A stretch of 42,893 nt of DNA from an uncultured Pseudomonadales bacterium (GTDB taxonomy: Bacteria; Pseudomonadota; Gammaproteobacteria; Pseudomonadales; Azotimanducaceae): assembly GCA_964351065.1 (NCBI GenBank), contig CAYGNA010000001.1, positions 1 through 42,893 on the forward strand, written 5' to 3'. Both the position numbers and the translations under genes were made by a program. Shown here in pieces: positions 10,277-25,515 of the stretch (its first letter is position 1; every line of letters begins with the position of its first letter). A model generated the notes under the pieces. It was not told the origin of the DNA. It was given only the letters and a program-made list of their open reading frames with translations, and did not search any database.

Positions 10277-11602
10277 GTGGGGGCTTTAGTCTGGGAAAAA
10301 TGTCTGGATAGTTTGGAAGGCGAACTGACGTCCAGACAGTTCAATACGCTGATTCGGCCCCTACAGGCAGAAGCGACTGAGAACGAAATAAGATTGCTGG
10401 CGCCGAATAAGTATATTCGTGATCAGGTTTCAGATCAGTTGCTGCAAAGAATTATCGAACTGGCCCAGCAGAATGGCTCCGGGTCGGTTTCACTGCAGAT
10501 TGGTACAACCCGTCAGCGACCGCGTCGCAGTGATGAAAAGACATCGGTACCCGACTTTGGGAATCGAGACAGTTTTTATCCATTGCTCGATCTCAACAAG
10601 GAATTCACCTTTGATACCTTCGTAGAAGGCAGGTCAAACGAACTGGCGCGGGCGGCGGCTTTTCAGGTTGCCGAGAATATGGGCGCAACCTACAAGTGTC
10701 TGCTGCTTTACGGTGGGGTGGGATTGGGCAAGACTCACCTGATGCATGCTGTTGGTAATGCAATTGTCGAAAAGCATCCTGGTATTCGGGTCGCTTACAT
10801 GTACTCGCAGCGGTTTATGGAAGATATGGTTCGTGCTATCGAGCGAGGGGCCATGTCAGAGTTTACGCAGTACTATCGGTCTGTTGACCTTCTGCTGATG
10901 GATGATATTCAGTTTCTGGCCAAGGGTATGAAGTCCCAGGAAGAGTTCTTCCATGTTTTCAATAGGTTACAGGAAGATGGGAGCCAGATAGTGCTGACAT
11001 CGGATCGGTATCCAAAAGAGATAGAGGGGCTGGAAGAGCGCCTCAAGAGCCGATTTGTCTGGGGCATGACAGCGCCAATGGAGCCACCAGAGTTGGAGAC
11101 GCGGGTGGCGATCCTGATGAAAAAGGCACAAATGGAGCAAGTTAACCTGGCTCATGATGTAGCTTTCTTTATTGCTGAACGAATCAGGTCGAACGTTCGT
11201 GAACTGGAAGGGGCATTAAAACGCGTCAAGGCAAATGCACTTTTTACTGGTCGCGAGATTACGATCGATCAGGTAAAGGACGCGCTAAAAGATCTGATCG
11301 CTATTTCGGACCGACAGGTAGGGATCGAGAATATCCAGCGTACCGTGGCAGATTATTACAATATTCGTGTTGCAGACATGCATTCGAAGAAGCGTTCCAG
11401 GTCGGTAGCGAGGCCCAGGCAGATGGCAATGGCCCTGGCAAAAGAGCTCACCAGCCGCAGTCTGCCAGAAATAGGCGATTCATTTGGTGGTCGTGATCAC
11501 ACGACGGTGCTGCATGCCTGCCGCAAGATTGAAGAGCTAAAGGAAAGCATGCGGGACATCCGGGAAGATTATAACAACCTGTTGCGAACGCTCACGGGCT
11601 GA
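10277..11602 (+). CDS. dnaA: Chromosomal replication initiator DnaA
   Basis: 441 aa with a GTG start after a GGAGG RBS. Walker [11 protein letters not shown] and the C-terminal DNA-binding block ([11 protein letters not shown]). Confidence 0.96.
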   Translation: MGALVWEKCLDSLEGELTSRQFNTLIRPLQAEATENEIRLLAPNKYIRDQVSDQLLQRIIELAQQNGSGSVSLQIGTTRQRPRRSDEKTSVPDFGNRDSFYPLLDLNKEFTFDTFVEGRSNELARAAAFQVAENMGATYKCLLLYGGVGLGKTHLMHAVGNAIVEKHPGIRVAYMYSQRFMEDMVRAIERGAMSEFTQYYRSVDLLLMDDIQFLAKGMKSQEEFFHVFNRLQEDGSQIVLTSDRYPKEIEGLEERLKSRFVWGMTAPMEPPELETRVAILMKKAQMEQVNLAHDVAFFIAERIRSNVRELEGALKRVKANALFTGREITIDQVKDALKDLIAISDRQVGIENIQRTVADYYNIRVADMHSKKRSRSVARPRQMAMALAKELTSRSLPEIGDSFGGRDHTTVLHACRKIEELKESMRDIREDYNNLLRTLTG

Positions 11603-11627
11603 CACCTATGGCTATGGATCTGGCCAG

Positions 11628-12731
11628 ATGCGGTTAACAGTAAAACGGGAATCGCTTCTTGTGCCGCTGCAATTAGCGGCCGGGCTTGTAGGGCGCCGTC
11701 ACACGGTGCCGGTCCTGGGAAATCTGTTGCTTGATGTATCAGAGAACTCGTTGGTAATTACCGGCTCAGACAATGAGATAGAAATCAGCATCGCTACCCG
11801 GGATTTCTCCGCAGATGGTACTGATGCCACAACAGTACCAGCCCGTAAATTACTGGATCTCTGGCGAAATATGCCAGTGGGAGCAGAGGTAGAGCTCGAC
11901 TTTACTCAAGGGCATCTGGGGGTCAGCTTTGGCCGCTTTAAGTCCAGTCTCGCAACCATTCCCGCCTATGAGTTTCCTCTCGTTACGCCGTTATCTGCCG
12001 GTACACTTGTTTCCTTGCCTGCTGAGTCTCTGGGGTTACTACTGGATCGCTGTCGGTTTGCGATGGCGCAACAGGATGTCAGGTATTTTCTAAACGGCAT
12101 GCTCTTTGAGGTTATGGATAGCCAGCTTCGGGTCGTGGCTACAAATGGTCAACGTTTGGCCAGTACTTTTATTCCCGCTGAAGTATCGGTATCGGAGCCG
12201 AGGCAGTTTATAATTCCATCCAAGGGAGTAGCAGAGTTGGCGCGGGTATTTGCCAATGCAGAAGGGGATGTGACGCTTCATTTCTCCGAAAACCATCTGC
12301 GTGCCAAGGTGGGCGACGTTACCCTGACAACCAGTCTCATTGATGGCAAGTATCCCGATTACAGAAGAGCAATACCCACCACCGGCGTTGTAGATCTGCA
12401 GGGTAACAGACGAGAGCTTCGGGACGCGCTGGTGAGGACAGCAATTCTGTCAAATGAGATCTATCACCAGGTGGTCCTGGTATTGCGGCCAGGTGAATTG
12501 GTTTTCCGTGCGAGTAATCCCCTCCAGGAAGAGGCGGAAGAAGTGGTTGTTGTGGCGTACGAGGGTGAGGAGATGGAATTGGCTTTTAACCTTCGATATC
12601 TCCTTGATGTAATGGATGTGATGCATGGTGAAAAGATTCGACTTCAGGCTTCTGGCACCGCCGCGCCAGCGCTGTTGACGGATCCAGCTGACAACAGGTC
12701 ACTATTCGTTATCAGCCCAATGGTCTTATAG
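11628..12731 (+). CDS. Divergent DNA polymerase III beta sliding-clamp paralogue
   Basis: 367 aa, collinear over its full length with the neighbouring dnaN (roughly 45-50% identity by eye). It shares FAMAQQDVRYFLNGML exactly. It differs at pocket-region motifs (ATNGQRLA instead of ATDGHRLA; C-terminus SPMVL instead of MPMKL). Confidence 0.85.
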   Translation: MRLTVKRESLLVPLQLAAGLVGRRHTVPVLGNLLLDVSENSLVITGSDNEIEISIATRDFSADGTDATTVPARKLLDLWRNMPVGAEVELDFTQGHLGVSFGRFKSSLATIPAYEFPLVTPLSAGTLVSLPAESLGLLLDRCRFAMAQQDVRYFLNGMLFEVMDSQLRVVATNGQRLASTFIPAEVSVSEPRQFIIPSKGVAELARVFANAEGDVTLHFSENHLRAKVGDVTLTTSLIDGKYPDYRRAIPTTGVVDLQGNRRELRDALVRTAILSNEIYHQVVLVLRPGELVFRASNPLQEEAEEVVVVAYEGEEMELAFNLRYLLDVMDVMHGEKIRLQASGTAAPALLTDPADNRSLFVISPMVL

Positions 12732-12780
12732 CTTGCTATTACAGGATGTGAACACTTACTAACAAGGTTTGGTACCAAAA

Positions 12781-13877
12781 ATGAAATTGAAGCTTGATCG
12801 AGAAGCGTTGCTCCGTCCGCTCCAGCAGGTAGCAGGCGTCGTGGAGAGGCGACAGACGTTGCCCGTTCTTTCCAACGTTCTGCTGCAGGTAACAGCCGAA
12901 GGATTGTCGGTTACCGGCACCGATCTCGAAGTAGAGCTTATTGGGCGAGTAGTACTGGAGGCAGCCGAGCCTGGCGATGTGACAGTACCGGCTAGAAAGC
13001 TTCTGGATATTGTACGGGAATTACCCGACAAGGCAGAGGTTGAACTTGAATTTACAGATCAGCGATTGACGATCAAGTCGGGCCGGTTTCGCTCCGCGCT
13101 CTCAACGTTGCCCGCTGATGACTTTCCAACGGTAGATCGTTCTGCGACCGAAGTAACAACCAGCCTGAATGCAAAGGCGCTCAAGCGCCTTATAGACCGA
13201 ACCAGTTTTGCAATGGCGCAACAGGACGTCCGGTATTTCCTGAACGGTATGTTGCTTGAATTGGGTGGCGGCCATGTGAGAACAGTCGCAACGGACGGCC
13301 ACCGACTGGCAATGTCGAGCCTTGCCCTGGAAGGTGGAGCAGAAGAGGTGAGGCAGGTTATTGTACCTCGCAAGGGAGTTCTTGAACTGCAACGGTTGCT
13401 GAATGAACTCGATGGTGATGTAGAGGTAACCATTGGTTCCAATCACCTGTGTGCAAGTACCAGCGATTTTACGCTTACCACCAAATTGGTGGACGGTCGG
13501 TTCCCGGACTACGAACGTGTAGTTCCCAGAAACGGCGATAAAGTAGTGTTGGCGGATAAACAGGAGTTCAGGCAGGCACTTAGCAGGACGGCTATTCTGT
13601 CGAATGAGAAGTTTAGAGGGATTCGGGTGAATCTGTCATCAGGACAACTTCAATTGACAGCAAATAACCCTGAACAGGAAGAAGCTGAAGAAATCGTTTC
13701 GGTCGACTACGATGGTGGTGAGTTGGAGGTTGGTTTTAATGTTAGCTATATCCAGGATGTCCTGGGTGTTGTCGATGGTGATAAGGTTCGCATCACGTTG
13801 CACGACGGGAACAGTAGTGCGCTAATGGAAGAACCAGGCGACGACAATTCCGTGTTTGTTGTTATGCCAATGAAGCT

Positions 13878-13881
<4 letters not shown>
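12781..13881 (+). CDS. dnaN: DNA polymerase III subunit beta (orthologous dnaN)
   Basis: Very close to the E. coli and Pseudomonas beta subunit as I recall them (VVERRQTLPVLSNVLL, ATDGHRLA, AILSNEKFRG, NNPEQEEAEE, VVMPMKL). ATGA overlap with recF. ATG 12781 is preferred over the longest-ORF TTG at 12769. Confidence 0.95.
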
Positions 13882-17388
<3,507 letters not shown>

Positions 17389-17423
17389 CTGCGTAAAGTA
17401 GTTACGACTCCTCAGCCTTGATG

Positions 17424-17960
17424 TCATTCATTGAGAAGGTGGTCAACAAACCCGCTGAGGTTCGAATAAACCGCCTTAACATCGGGTCGTGATTCATGCG
17501 TTGCTTTGCCGTTACCCGTCAGGACCAGAATTGGGCTACAGCCAGCCGCCTCGGCTGCAACCAGGTCCTTTTCGGAATCACCCACAAAAACCGCGCTTTG
17601 CGGAGCAGTAAGTGAGCGTTCACATATCTCTAGAAGCATGCCTGGCAGGGGCTTTCGACAGGAGCAGGCGTCCATTGGGTGATGTGGACAAAAGACAATG
17701 CCGTCGATGACACCACCATGTTCGCGAACACTATCCAACATTTTCTGGTGGATAGCCGCCAGATCAGTCAGGGTAAACTTCTTGCGCGCAATACCCGCCT
17801 GGTTGGTTGCGACATAGACCAGGTAGCCAGCACGGTGCAGCCTCGCGATCGCTTCCAGACTGCCCGGTATCGCATGCCACTCGGCAGGTGATTTGATGTA
17901 GTCTGGCGAGTCAGTATTGATCACGCCGTCGCGATCAAGAATGACGAGTTTTCTGCCCAA
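17424..17960 (-). CDS. gmhB: D-glycero-beta-D-manno-heptose-1,7-bisphosphate 7-phosphatase (HAD-IIIA)
   Basis: 178 aa with DRDGVIN, TNQ and the CxHxxxxxCxCRKP zinc motif. It lies downstream of glyS as in Pseudomonas. Confidence 0.85.
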   Translation of the reverse strand: MGRKLVILDRDGVINTDSPDYIKSPAEWHAIPGSLEAIARLHRAGYLVYVATNQAGIARKKFTLTDLAAIHQKMLDSVREHGGVIDGIVFCPHHPMDACSCRKPLPGMLLEICERSLTAPQSAVFVGDSEKDLVAAEAAGCSPILVLTGNGKATHESRPDVKAVYSNLSGFVDHLLNE

Positions 17961-17962
17961 GA

Positions 17963-20035
17963 TCAGGTTTCGCTGGCCTGAATTTGCAGCAGCGAAACAT
18001 CAGCAACGTCGAGAAACAGGGATCGCAGTGCCGCCAGCGTTGCGATTCTATTTCGTTTGATATTCTCGTCGTTGTCCATCACCAGTACATCTTCAAAATA
18101 GGCATCGATAGGTTCCTGTAGATTGGCCAGGCCCAGCAATCGGGTTTCAAGCGTATCGGCAGCGGTGATATGCGACTCGTAGTCACCTATCGCTGTAAGC
18201 AACGTCTCTTCTGCCGGCAGTCTGAACAGCGTGGTATCAATTTCCGGCAGACTCGCGATATCCACCTGTTTGAGGAGATTGGCGACCCGCTTGTTAGCAG
18301 CAACAAGACTTGCGGCTTTAGGGTTATCACGAAACGCATTAATCGCGCGAATCTGTCGATCGAATGCTGTCATGTTCCATTCGCTTCGGCGAGCGTGACG
18401 GGCTGCGTTGAACGCGTCTATCTGGATGCCGCGATCCTGGTAGTACCCCGCCAGTCTTTCCAGCATGTATTCAAGCAGCGCCGATGATTCAAACCCCTTT
18501 TTATGGCCTTCCACCGCATCCTGGACCATTGTCGCCAGGTCGATATCCAGTTCACCTTCAATACATATGCGAAGAACACCCAGCGCCTGTCGCCTGAGCG
18601 CAAAAGGATCTCGTGAACCGGTAGGCGGCTGGCCAATGCCAAAAATACCCGCCAGCGTATCCAGCTTGTCTGCAAGCGCTACTACCTGACCAATGCGTGA
18701 AGCGGGAATAGGCCCCCCTGATTGCGTAGGTTGATAGTGTTCGCCTATCGCTACCGCGACTTCCTCTCTTTCCCCGTCATTTCGGGCATAGTAACTTCCC
18801 ATGAGTCCCTGGAGTTCAGGGAATTCACCGACCATGTTGGACACGAGGTCAGACTTTACCAACAGCCCCGCTCTCTCGCAGAGCGTCGCGTCGAGCGCCA
18901 GGTGTTCGCCGATCTTTTTTGCCAGTGCAGCAACCCGCTCTACCTTCTCGTGATACGAACCGAGACTGGACTGAAAAACGATATGCCGAAGTCGCTCGGC
19001 TTTTTCGGCCAGTGTGGTTTTGCTGTCCTGTTGATAAAAGAATAATGCGTCGGTCAGCCTTGGCGTAATAACACGCTCGTTGCCCGCGATCACGATAGCG
19101 GGATCTTTGCTGCTGATGTTAGAGATGGTGATGAAAAGGGGCATCAGCCGCGCCTCGTGGTCCAGCAGGTGAAAGTATCGCTGGTGAGACTTCATGGCGG
19201 AGATAAGCGCCTCTTCTGGTACCGAAAGAAAGCTTTGGTCAAACTTGCCGCAGAGCGCAACTGGCCACTCAACCAGTGAGGTAACCTCGTCGAGCAAAGC
19301 GGGATCAATTGCTACGTTGCCATCAAGCGCCTTGCCAAGTTCAAGCAACTGGTTTTCGATGTTGTTCCTGCGCTCGTTAAAGTCAACAACGACCTTGTGT
19401 TGTCGTAGCACCTCTACGTAATCGTTGGCTGACGTCAGCTCGAATTTGCCGGGTGACATAAACCGATGACCCAGTGATACCCTTCCGCTTTGTATCCCAA
19501 AAAGCGTCGCCGGTACGATTTCAGCGCCGTAAATCATGACAATCCAGTGTACGGGCCTGATAAAGGTCTCACGGCTTGCACCCCACCGCATAGGTCGCTC
19601 AATGGGTAGCGAAGCGAGGGCGCGCCTTAGAATATCCGGTAGCAGATCCCGGGTGGCTACGCCGGGTTTTTCTTCACGAAACACCAGCCACTCACCTTTG
19701 TCCGTTTCCAGTCGTTCCAGTTGAGATGGTTCTTCGAGTCCACAGGAGCGTGCGAAACCCAGAGCGGCTTTTGTTGGATTACCCTCGGCATCAAATGCTG
19801 CACTGACCGCAGGGCCACGGCGCTCTGTCTTTTGGTCCGGTTGGGTTTCCGCCAGGTCTGCTATATGGATTGCAAGACGTCTGGGTGTTGCGAAACTGCT
19901 AACGACACCAAAAGACAATTGCGCCTGCTCCAGCTCGTTGGAGAAATTTTTCGTGAAGCTGTCGATCAATGGCTTGAGGTTTTTTGGTGGTAGCTCTTCT
20001 GTGCCTACCTCGACGAGAAAATCAGCGGTCTTCAC
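17963..20035 (-). CDS. glyS: Glycine--tRNA ligase beta subunit
   Basis: N-terminus (V)[17 protein letters not shown], with a GTG at 20035-20033 after a GGAGG RBS. About 690 aa. It overlaps the glyQ stop by 14 nt. Confidence 0.95.
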   Translation of the reverse strand: MKTADFLVEVGTEELPPKNLKPLIDSFTKNFSNELEQAQLSFGVVSSFATPRRLAIHIADLAETQPDQKTERRGPAVSAAFDAEGNPTKAALGFARSCGLEEPSQLERLETDKGEWLVFREEKPGVATRDLLPDILRRALASLPIERPMRWGASRETFIRPVHWIVMIYGAEIVPATLFGIQSGRVSLGHRFMSPGKFELTSANDYVEVLRQHKVVVDFNERRNNIENQLLELGKALDGNVAIDPALLDEVTSLVEWPVALCGKFDQSFLSVPEEALISAMKSHQRYFHLLDHEARLMPLFITISNISSKDPAIVIAGNERVITPRLTDALFFYQQDSKTTLAEKAERLRHIVFQSSLGSYHEKVERVAALAKKIGEHLALDATLCERAGLLVKSDLVSNMVGEFPELQGLMGSYYARNDGEREEVAVAIGEHYQPTQSGGPIPASRIGQVVALADKLDTLAGIFGIGQPPTGSRDPFALRRQALGVLRICIEGELDIDLATMVQDAVEGHKKGFESSALLEYMLERLAGYYQDRGIQIDAFNAARHARRSEWNMTAFDRQIRAINAFRDNPKAASLVAANKRVANLLKQVDIASLPEIDTTLFRLPAEETLLTAIGDYESHITAADTLETRLLGLANLQEPIDAYFEDVLVMDNDENIKRNRIATLAALRSLFLDVADVSLLQIQASET

Positions 20036-20957
20036 GATCGACCTCCTCCAGGAAAAGCGTTCGAGTCTCTTCTTCTGCAAGTGGAAAACCCACTTTGCGG
20101 CGTGAAGCTAGGTAAGCTTTCGCGACACCTCTCGAAAGCGTGCGAACTCGCAGGATGTATTGCTGGCGCTCGGTGACGGATATTGCCTGGCGGGCATCCA
20201 GCAAATTGAAAGCATGGCTTGCTTTCATAACGAACTCGTAAGCGGGTAAAGGCAGTTCGGCTTCAAGTAGCCGCAGGGTCTCTGCTTCAAAAAGGTCGAA
20301 CTGCTGGAACAGCGCCGCAACGTTTGACTCGTCAAAATTGTAGGCTGACATTTCTACTTCGTATTGATGAAAGACATCTGCATAGGTAATCGCCCGGTCT
20401 CTGGTTCTGGTCCAGATAAGCTGCTGAAAGTCTTCAACCCCCTGCAGGTAAAGTGCCAGCCGTTCAAGGCCGTAAGTAATCTCCCCGGATACCGGAAAAC
20501 ACTCCAGACCACCTACCTGCTGGAAGTAGGTAAACTGTGTAATCTCCATACCATCCATCCACACTTCCCAGCCAAGACCCCAGGCACCCAGCGTTGGTGA
20601 CTCCCAGTTGTCCTCGACGAATCGTATGTCATGTACTTCCGGGTTGATCCCGAGGTGACGCAAAGACTCGAGATACAGTTCCTGGATATTGTCTGGTGAC
20701 GGTTTCAGGATGACCTGAAACTGGTAGTAATACTGGTAGCGATTAGGGTTTTCGCCATATCGACCATCGGTCGGGCGCCGGCAGGGTTGAACGTAGGCAC
20801 TGCGCCACGATTCCGGCCCGATAGAGCGTAGGAATGTTGCGGGATGAAAGGTACCGGCTCCCACCTCCATGTCATAAGGCTGCATGATAATGCAGCCCTG
20901 TTCTGCCCAGAATTGCTGCAGGGTGAATATAAGGTCCTGAAAAGTTCTACTGGTCAT
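20022..20957 (-). CDS. glyQ: Glycine--tRNA ligase alpha subunit
   Basis: [22 protein letters not shown]… from the ATG at 20957 (311 aa). The longer ORF extension is non-homologous. Confidence 0.95.
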   Translation of the reverse strand: MTSRTFQDLIFTLQQFWAEQGCIIMQPYDMEVGAGTFHPATFLRSIGPESWRSAYVQPCRRPTDGRYGENPNRYQYYYQFQVILKPSPDNIQELYLESLRHLGINPEVHDIRFVEDNWESPTLGAWGLGWEVWMDGMEITQFTYFQQVGGLECFPVSGEITYGLERLALYLQGVEDFQQLIWTRTRDRAITYADVFHQYEVEMSAYNFDESNVAALFQQFDLFEAETLRLLEAELPLPAYEFVMKASHAFNLLDARQAISVTERQQYILRVRTLSRGVAKAYLASRRKVGFPLAEEETRTLFLEEVDREDR

Positions 20958-21038
20958 TCGGCTCGCGGCCCAAAAAAAGTGCGAATTATACCTGAATGGC
21001 CACGTTATCATGTACGCATTGATCCAGGAGAAGTAAGA

Positions 21039-21614
21039 ATGAAGCAACGCTGTGCCTGGTGTGGTGAGGATCCTCTGTATGTGGCTTATCACGACGAGGA
21101 ATGGGGGGTGCCGCTTCGCGATGAGCAGGCACTGTTTGAGTTCCTTGTTCTTGAGGGCGCCCAAGCGGGACTCAGCTGGATTACCGTACTGCGCAAACGC
21201 GAGAATTACCGCCGCGCGATGGACAATTTTGACCCGGAGAAGATCGCCAGGTACGACGAGAACAAGCTAAATCAATTACTGGGCGATACCGGTATTATCC
21301 GCAACAGGCGTAAGCTGAGCAGCGCGGTTCAAAACGCGAGAGCCTGTCTTGCTTTGCAGCAAGCCGGTACTTCTCTGGGAGAGCATCTGTGGCAGTTTGT
21401 TGACGGCAGGCCCGAGACGCATTTCTACCAATCTACCAACGAAGTTCCGGCAGCAACAGCAACCTCAGATAAATTGAGCAAGTCCCTTAAAGCTCTTGGA
21501 TTCAACTTTGTTGGTTCAACAATCTGTTATGCCCTCATGCAGGCGACAGGCATGGTTAATGATCATCTGGTCTCGTGCTATCGCCATGCTGACTGCCGTA
21601 AAATGGCCCCATGA
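21039..21614 (+). CDS. tag: DNA-3-methyladenine glycosylase I
   Basis: [25 protein letters not shown]… with a GGAG RBS. 191 aa. Confidence 0.92.
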   Translation: MKQRCAWCGEDPLYVAYHDEEWGVPLRDEQALFEFLVLEGAQAGLSWITVLRKRENYRRAMDNFDPEKIARYDENKLNQLLGDTGIIRNRRKLSSAVQNARACLALQQAGTSLGEHLWQFVDGRPETHFYQSTNEVPAATATSDKLSKSLKALGFNFVGSTICYALMQATGMVNDHLVSCYRHADCRKMAP

Positions 21615-22537
21615 AATTAAGTCATAGAGTTGCCGGATTCCTGATCTTTACCCTGATGAAGCTGATTGCCTTTATGCCGCTGGCCGTCAGCCAATTCATC
21701 GGTCGGTGGATAGGCCGTATCAGCTATTGGTTCAACTCGCGTGGCGCCAGGGTGACTATGACCAACCTGTCGGTCTGTTGCCCTGCTCTGGATGAAACAG
21801 AACGTCGTAATCTGGCAAGGTCCAGCATGGAGCATACGGGCCAGATGTTGATGGAAACCCCGGCATCCTGGTTGGGCAGTAGCACCAGGATTCGCGGCTG
21901 GATTGCGCATGTTGAAAATGAGCACCTGCTGAAGAATGCAATTTCGAGCGGTCGTGGCAGCATTATCATTCTGCCTCATATCGGCAACTGGGAAGTGATG
22001 AATGCCTACATGAATTTTACGGGAAGCGCCCACACTGCTCTTTACGCGCCGCCGAATCAGGACTATATGAAGGTTCTGATGGCGCATGTCAGATCCAGGT
22101 TTGGCAACGAGATTGTGCCGACGACAGTGAAGGGTCTAGCCACCCTCTATCACCGGTTGAAAGAGGGGAAACTGGTTTTTGTGCTACCCGACCAGGTGCC
22201 GGCGAGTGGTCAATTTGCACCGTTTTTTGGCATTGAGGCGCTCACTGACGTGCTGATTACCCGATTGATTCGCCGAACACCGGAGGTTATTGTTCTGAGT
22301 GTCGTCGTCAAGCGCCTGCCGCAAGCGAGGGGTTTTGACGTGCTATTTAATGAGGCGCATCCTGACATCTATAGCAAGGACCCCGCGATCGCGCTTGGCG
22401 CGATGAACAAAACTGTTGAGGCATGTGTGAGCCAGGCACCTGAACAGTACCAGTGGGAATACAAGCGCTTCAAGGAGCGGCCCGCTGGAGAATTGCGGCT
22501 CTACAATTATGATAACGAGCCCTGGACGCACCACTAG
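21611..22537 (+). CDS. LpxL/HtrB-family lipid A (Kdo2-lipid IVA) acyltransferase
   Basis: 308 aa with an N-terminal TM and the HIGNWE (HX4D/E-type) acyltransferase motif. ATGA overlap with tag. Position matches htrB in Pseudomonas-like genomes. Confidence 0.8.
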   Translation: MKLSHRVAGFLIFTLMKLIAFMPLAVSQFIGRWIGRISYWFNSRGARVTMTNLSVCCPALDETERRNLARSSMEHTGQMLMETPASWLGSSTRIRGWIAHVENEHLLKNAISSGRGSIIILPHIGNWEVMNAYMNFTGSAHTALYAPPNQDYMKVLMAHVRSRFGNEIVPTTVKGLATLYHRLKEGKLVFVLPDQVPASGQFAPFFGIEALTDVLITRLIRRTPEVIVLSVVVKRLPQARGFDVLFNEAHPDIYSKDPAIALGAMNKTVEACVSQAPEQYQWEYKRFKERPAGELRLYNYDNEPWTHH

Positions 22538-22595
22538 CCAAATCCTGCTCCACAGGAGCATTCAGGCGCTAATCTTCAGCGCTGTTCAGTGCACT

Positions 22596-22679
22596 CTGCT
22601 CAGTAATCTGCTCAGTAATCTGCTCAGTAATCTGCTCAGTACTCTGCTCGGTACTCTGCTCAGTACTCTGCTCAGCACT
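22596..22679. repeat. Tandem 12-bp repeat, 7 units (CTGCTCAGTAAT x3, then CTGCTCAGTACT-type variants x4)
   Basis: Direct read of the sequence. It lies in the 140-bp gap between the convergent lpxL-like and trkH genes. The last unit overlaps the trkH stop codon. Confidence 0.95.
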
Positions 22680-24126
22680 ATTTTCGCCAAAACATTGGAG
22701 TAAACAGCACGAGCAGCGTGAAAATCTCCAATCGTCCGAGCATCATGGCGAAGCAAAGGATGATCTTGGCCGTGTCGCTGATGTCACCATAATGAAGAGT
22801 GACATCACCCAGGCCAGGGCCGAGGTTATTGATGGTTGCACCAACAGCTGAAAAAGCCGTCAGGAAATCCATACCGCACGCGACCATAGCCAGTAGCATG
22901 AACAGGAAGATGATGACGTAGATGGAAAAAAACCCCCATACGGCTTCAACAATCGAAGTTGAAACAGGTCTGCGATTTAGCTTGATGGGAAAGATGGCGT
23001 TGGGGTGAATCAGGCGATGAATCTCCCGGAGGCCCTGCTTGCAGATTAGCATCACGCGCATCACCTTCATCCCGCCTCCGGTAGAACCGGCACAAGCACC
23101 CGTAAAAGCACCAAGAAAGATAAGGTACGGCAACATGCTTGGCCACTCGGCAAAATTGTCAGTGGCAAACCCGGTTGTGGTAAAGATGGAGACGACAGTA
23201 AACGCGGCCATCCGGAGCGCTGTTGCAAGAGGATAGGTGCTGGTTGCGGTTAGCACGGCGGTAACAACCAAAATGGCAATACCCAGTATCATCAGGTAGA
23301 ACCTGACCTCATCGTCCTGCAGGTAGTGCAGCACAGTCCGCTCCTTCCAGGCGAAGAAATGAAGGCCAAAATTGATGCCTGCCAGCACCATAAAGAAAAT
23401 TGCTATGGCTTCTATAAGCGGCGAATCAAAGTAACCTATGCTGGCGTCATGGGTTGAGAAACCACCAATTGCCACAGTGGAAAATGAATGGCAGAGAGCA
23501 TCAAACCAGCTCATACCGGCCGCCCAGTATGCGAGACCACAGGCGATGGTAATGCCCACGTAGATTGACCAAAGCGCCAGCGCCGTTTGTTTGATGCGCG
23601 GTGTAAGCTTACTGTCCTTAACGGGTCCTGGCGTTTCAGCCCTGTATAACTGCATACCTCCAATTCCCAGCATTGGCAGCACTGCCACGGCAAGGACAAT
23701 AATTCCCATACCACCCAGCCACTGCAATTGCTGGCGGTAATACAGCACCGAGGCTGGCAGGCTATCGATATTGGTCAGTACGGTGGCACCCGTTGTTGTC
23801 AGCCCGGAAAAAGACTCAAACAGTGCATCAGCTATAGAGAGGTTGATACCCGCTGACTGAATGAGCGGCAGTCCACCAAAGGTGCCAAGTGCTGTGTAAA
23901 ACAGGAAGGTGATCAAAAACCCGTCCCGGGTTCGCATCTCTTCTTTATAACCCGCAAACAGGCCAAACAGAATGCCGCCCGAGACCAGCGTAATCAGAAA
24001 AGTGTCAATAAAGATAATGGCCACGCCGTCATCGAACAGCCAGGAGAAAAACAGTGGCGGTAACATGGTAACGCTGAACATCATCAGCAGAGCACCAAGT
24101 ATCCTGAGAGCGACGCGGAGATGCAT
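22678..24126 (-). CDS. trkH: Trk-system potassium uptake protein TrkH
   Basis: 482-aa polytopic protein with TrkH-type repeated M1-P-M2 segments (TTTG, GGFST). Adjacent to trkA. Confidence 0.92.
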   Translation of the reverse strand: MHLRVALRILGALLMMFSVTMLPPLFFSWLFDDGVAIIFIDTFLITLVSGGILFGLFAGYKEEMRTRDGFLITFLFYTALGTFGGLPLIQSAGINLSIADALFESFSGLTTTGATVLTNIDSLPASVLYYRQQLQWLGGMGIIVLAVAVLPMLGIGGMQLYRAETPGPVKDSKLTPRIKQTALALWSIYVGITIACGLAYWAAGMSWFDALCHSFSTVAIGGFSTHDASIGYFDSPLIEAIAIFFMVLAGINFGLHFFAWKERTVLHYLQDDEVRFYLMILGIAILVVTAVLTATSTYPLATALRMAAFTVVSIFTTTGFATDNFAEWPSMLPYLIFLGAFTGACAGSTGGGMKVMRVMLICKQGLREIHRLIHPNAIFPIKLNRRPVSTSIVEAVWGFFSIYVIIFLFMLLAMVACGMDFLTAFSAVGATINNLGPGLGDVTLHYGDISDTAKIILCFAMMLGRLEIFTLLVLFTPMFWRK

Positions 24127-24132
24127 GGGTCG

Positions 24133-25512
24133 CTAGAAGAACGAAAACGGCGCCTGAAACAGTTTCTCGACTTCCGGCACACGGCTTTTGTCGACAAGAA
24201 ACAGAATCAGGTGGTCGTCTGACAGCACCATCACATCGTCATGCGCGATGATGACGTCGTTGCCACGAACAATGGCACCAATGTTCGTACCCGGGGGTAA
24301 TTCGATTTGCCCCAGTGTCTTGCCGACGACCTTGGAACTTTTGCGATCACCGTGCGCTATAGCCTCGATAGCTTCAGCGGCACCGCGTCGCAGCGAATGA
24401 ACCCGCACTACATCCCCTCGACGAATATGTTGGAGGATACTGCCCAGCGTTGCCTGTTGCGGTGAAATCGCGATGTCAATTTCGCCCCCTTCAATCAGAT
24501 CAACATAGGCAGGATTGTTGATCAGCGTGATCACTTTTTTTGCGCCAAGGTTCTTGGCCAGCATTGATGACATGATATTGGCTTCATCATCATTGGTCAC
24601 GGCGCAGAAAACATCTGTCTCGGCAATGTTCTCTTCCAGCAACAGTTCGCGGTCAGACGCGTCGCCAGCCAGTACAATCGCCCTGTCCAGTGTTTCAGAA
24701 AGTTCGTAACATCGCTGCCTGGAGCGCTCGATGATGCGGACTCCGTACTTGTGCTCAACAGCGCTGGCAAGACCGGCGCCGATGTGACCACCACCGGCAA
24801 TGATAATGCGTCGATTGGGACGCTCGACACGGCGCATTTCGCTCATTACAGCCTGAATATCCGAGGCAGCGGCAATAAAAAACACCTCGTCTTCAGCTTC
24901 GATGATGGTATCGCCTTCCGGAATAATGGGTCTGTCGCCGCGGAAAATGGCTGCCACCCGGGTGTCTACGGTTGGCATGTGCTGGCGAATATTCTTCAGC
25001 TCCTGGTCGACAAGTGGTCCACCATAGTAAGCCTTTATACCGACCAGTTGGACCTGACCGTCAGCAAAATCCATCACCTGAAGCGCGCCCGGATTATCAA
25101 TAAGACGCTTGATATCCTGGGTAACAATCTGCTCCGGGTTAACAATGAAGTCGACTGGCATGGCTTCATTGCGGAAGATGCCGGCGTACTCGGGTTGGAC
25201 GTAAGCAGTGGTTCTGATTCGGGCTATCTTGGTGGGTGTATGGAATACGGTGTGGGCAATCTGGCAGGCAACCATATTGACCTCGTCACTGTTGGTGACG
25301 GCAATCAACATATCGGCGTCTTCTGCGCCGGCCTGGCGCATGATGTCTGGGTGTGACGCCATGCCCCTTACAGTGCGAATATCGAACCTGTCCTGAAGTT
25401 CGCGCAGTCGATCAGCATTGAGATCGACAACGGTGATGTCACTGGCCTCCTTCGTGAGGTTTTGAGCCAGATTACCGCCGACCTCGCCCGCACCGAGGAT
25501 GATGATTTTCAT
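24133..25512 (-). CDS. trkA: Trk-system NAD-binding protein TrkA
   Basis: 459 aa with two Rossmann RCK-N repeats ([13 protein letters not shown]…, [14 protein letters not shown]). Confidence 0.95.
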   Translation of the reverse strand: MKIIILGAGEVGGNLAQNLTKEASDITVVDLNADRLRELQDRFDIRTVRGMASHPDIMRQAGAEDADMLIAVTNSDEVNMVACQIAHTVFHTPTKIARIRTTAYVQPEYAGIFRNEAMPVDFIVNPEQIVTQDIKRLIDNPGALQVMDFADGQVQLVGIKAYYGGPLVDQELKNIRQHMPTVDTRVAAIFRGDRPIIPEGDTIIEAEDEVFFIAAASDIQAVMSEMRRVERPNRRIIIAGGGHIGAGLASAVEHKYGVRIIERSRQRCYELSETLDRAIVLAGDASDRELLLEENIAETDVFCAVTNDDEANIMSSMLAKNLGAKKVITLINNPAYVDLIEGGEIDIAISPQQATLGSILQHIRRGDVVRVHSLRRGAAEAIEAIAHGDRKSSKVVGKTLGQIELPPGTNIGAIVRGNDVIIAHDDVMVLSDDHLILFLVDKSRVPEVEKLFQAPFSFF

Positions 25513-25515
25513 TTC

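Noticed and set aside
22509-22703. 64-aa plus-strand ORF encoding LLSNLLSNLLSN…LLSTLLST
   Set aside because: The leucine-rich periodicity is simply the translation of the 12-bp tandem repeat. The ORF starts inside the lpxL-like gene in another frame and has no RBS.
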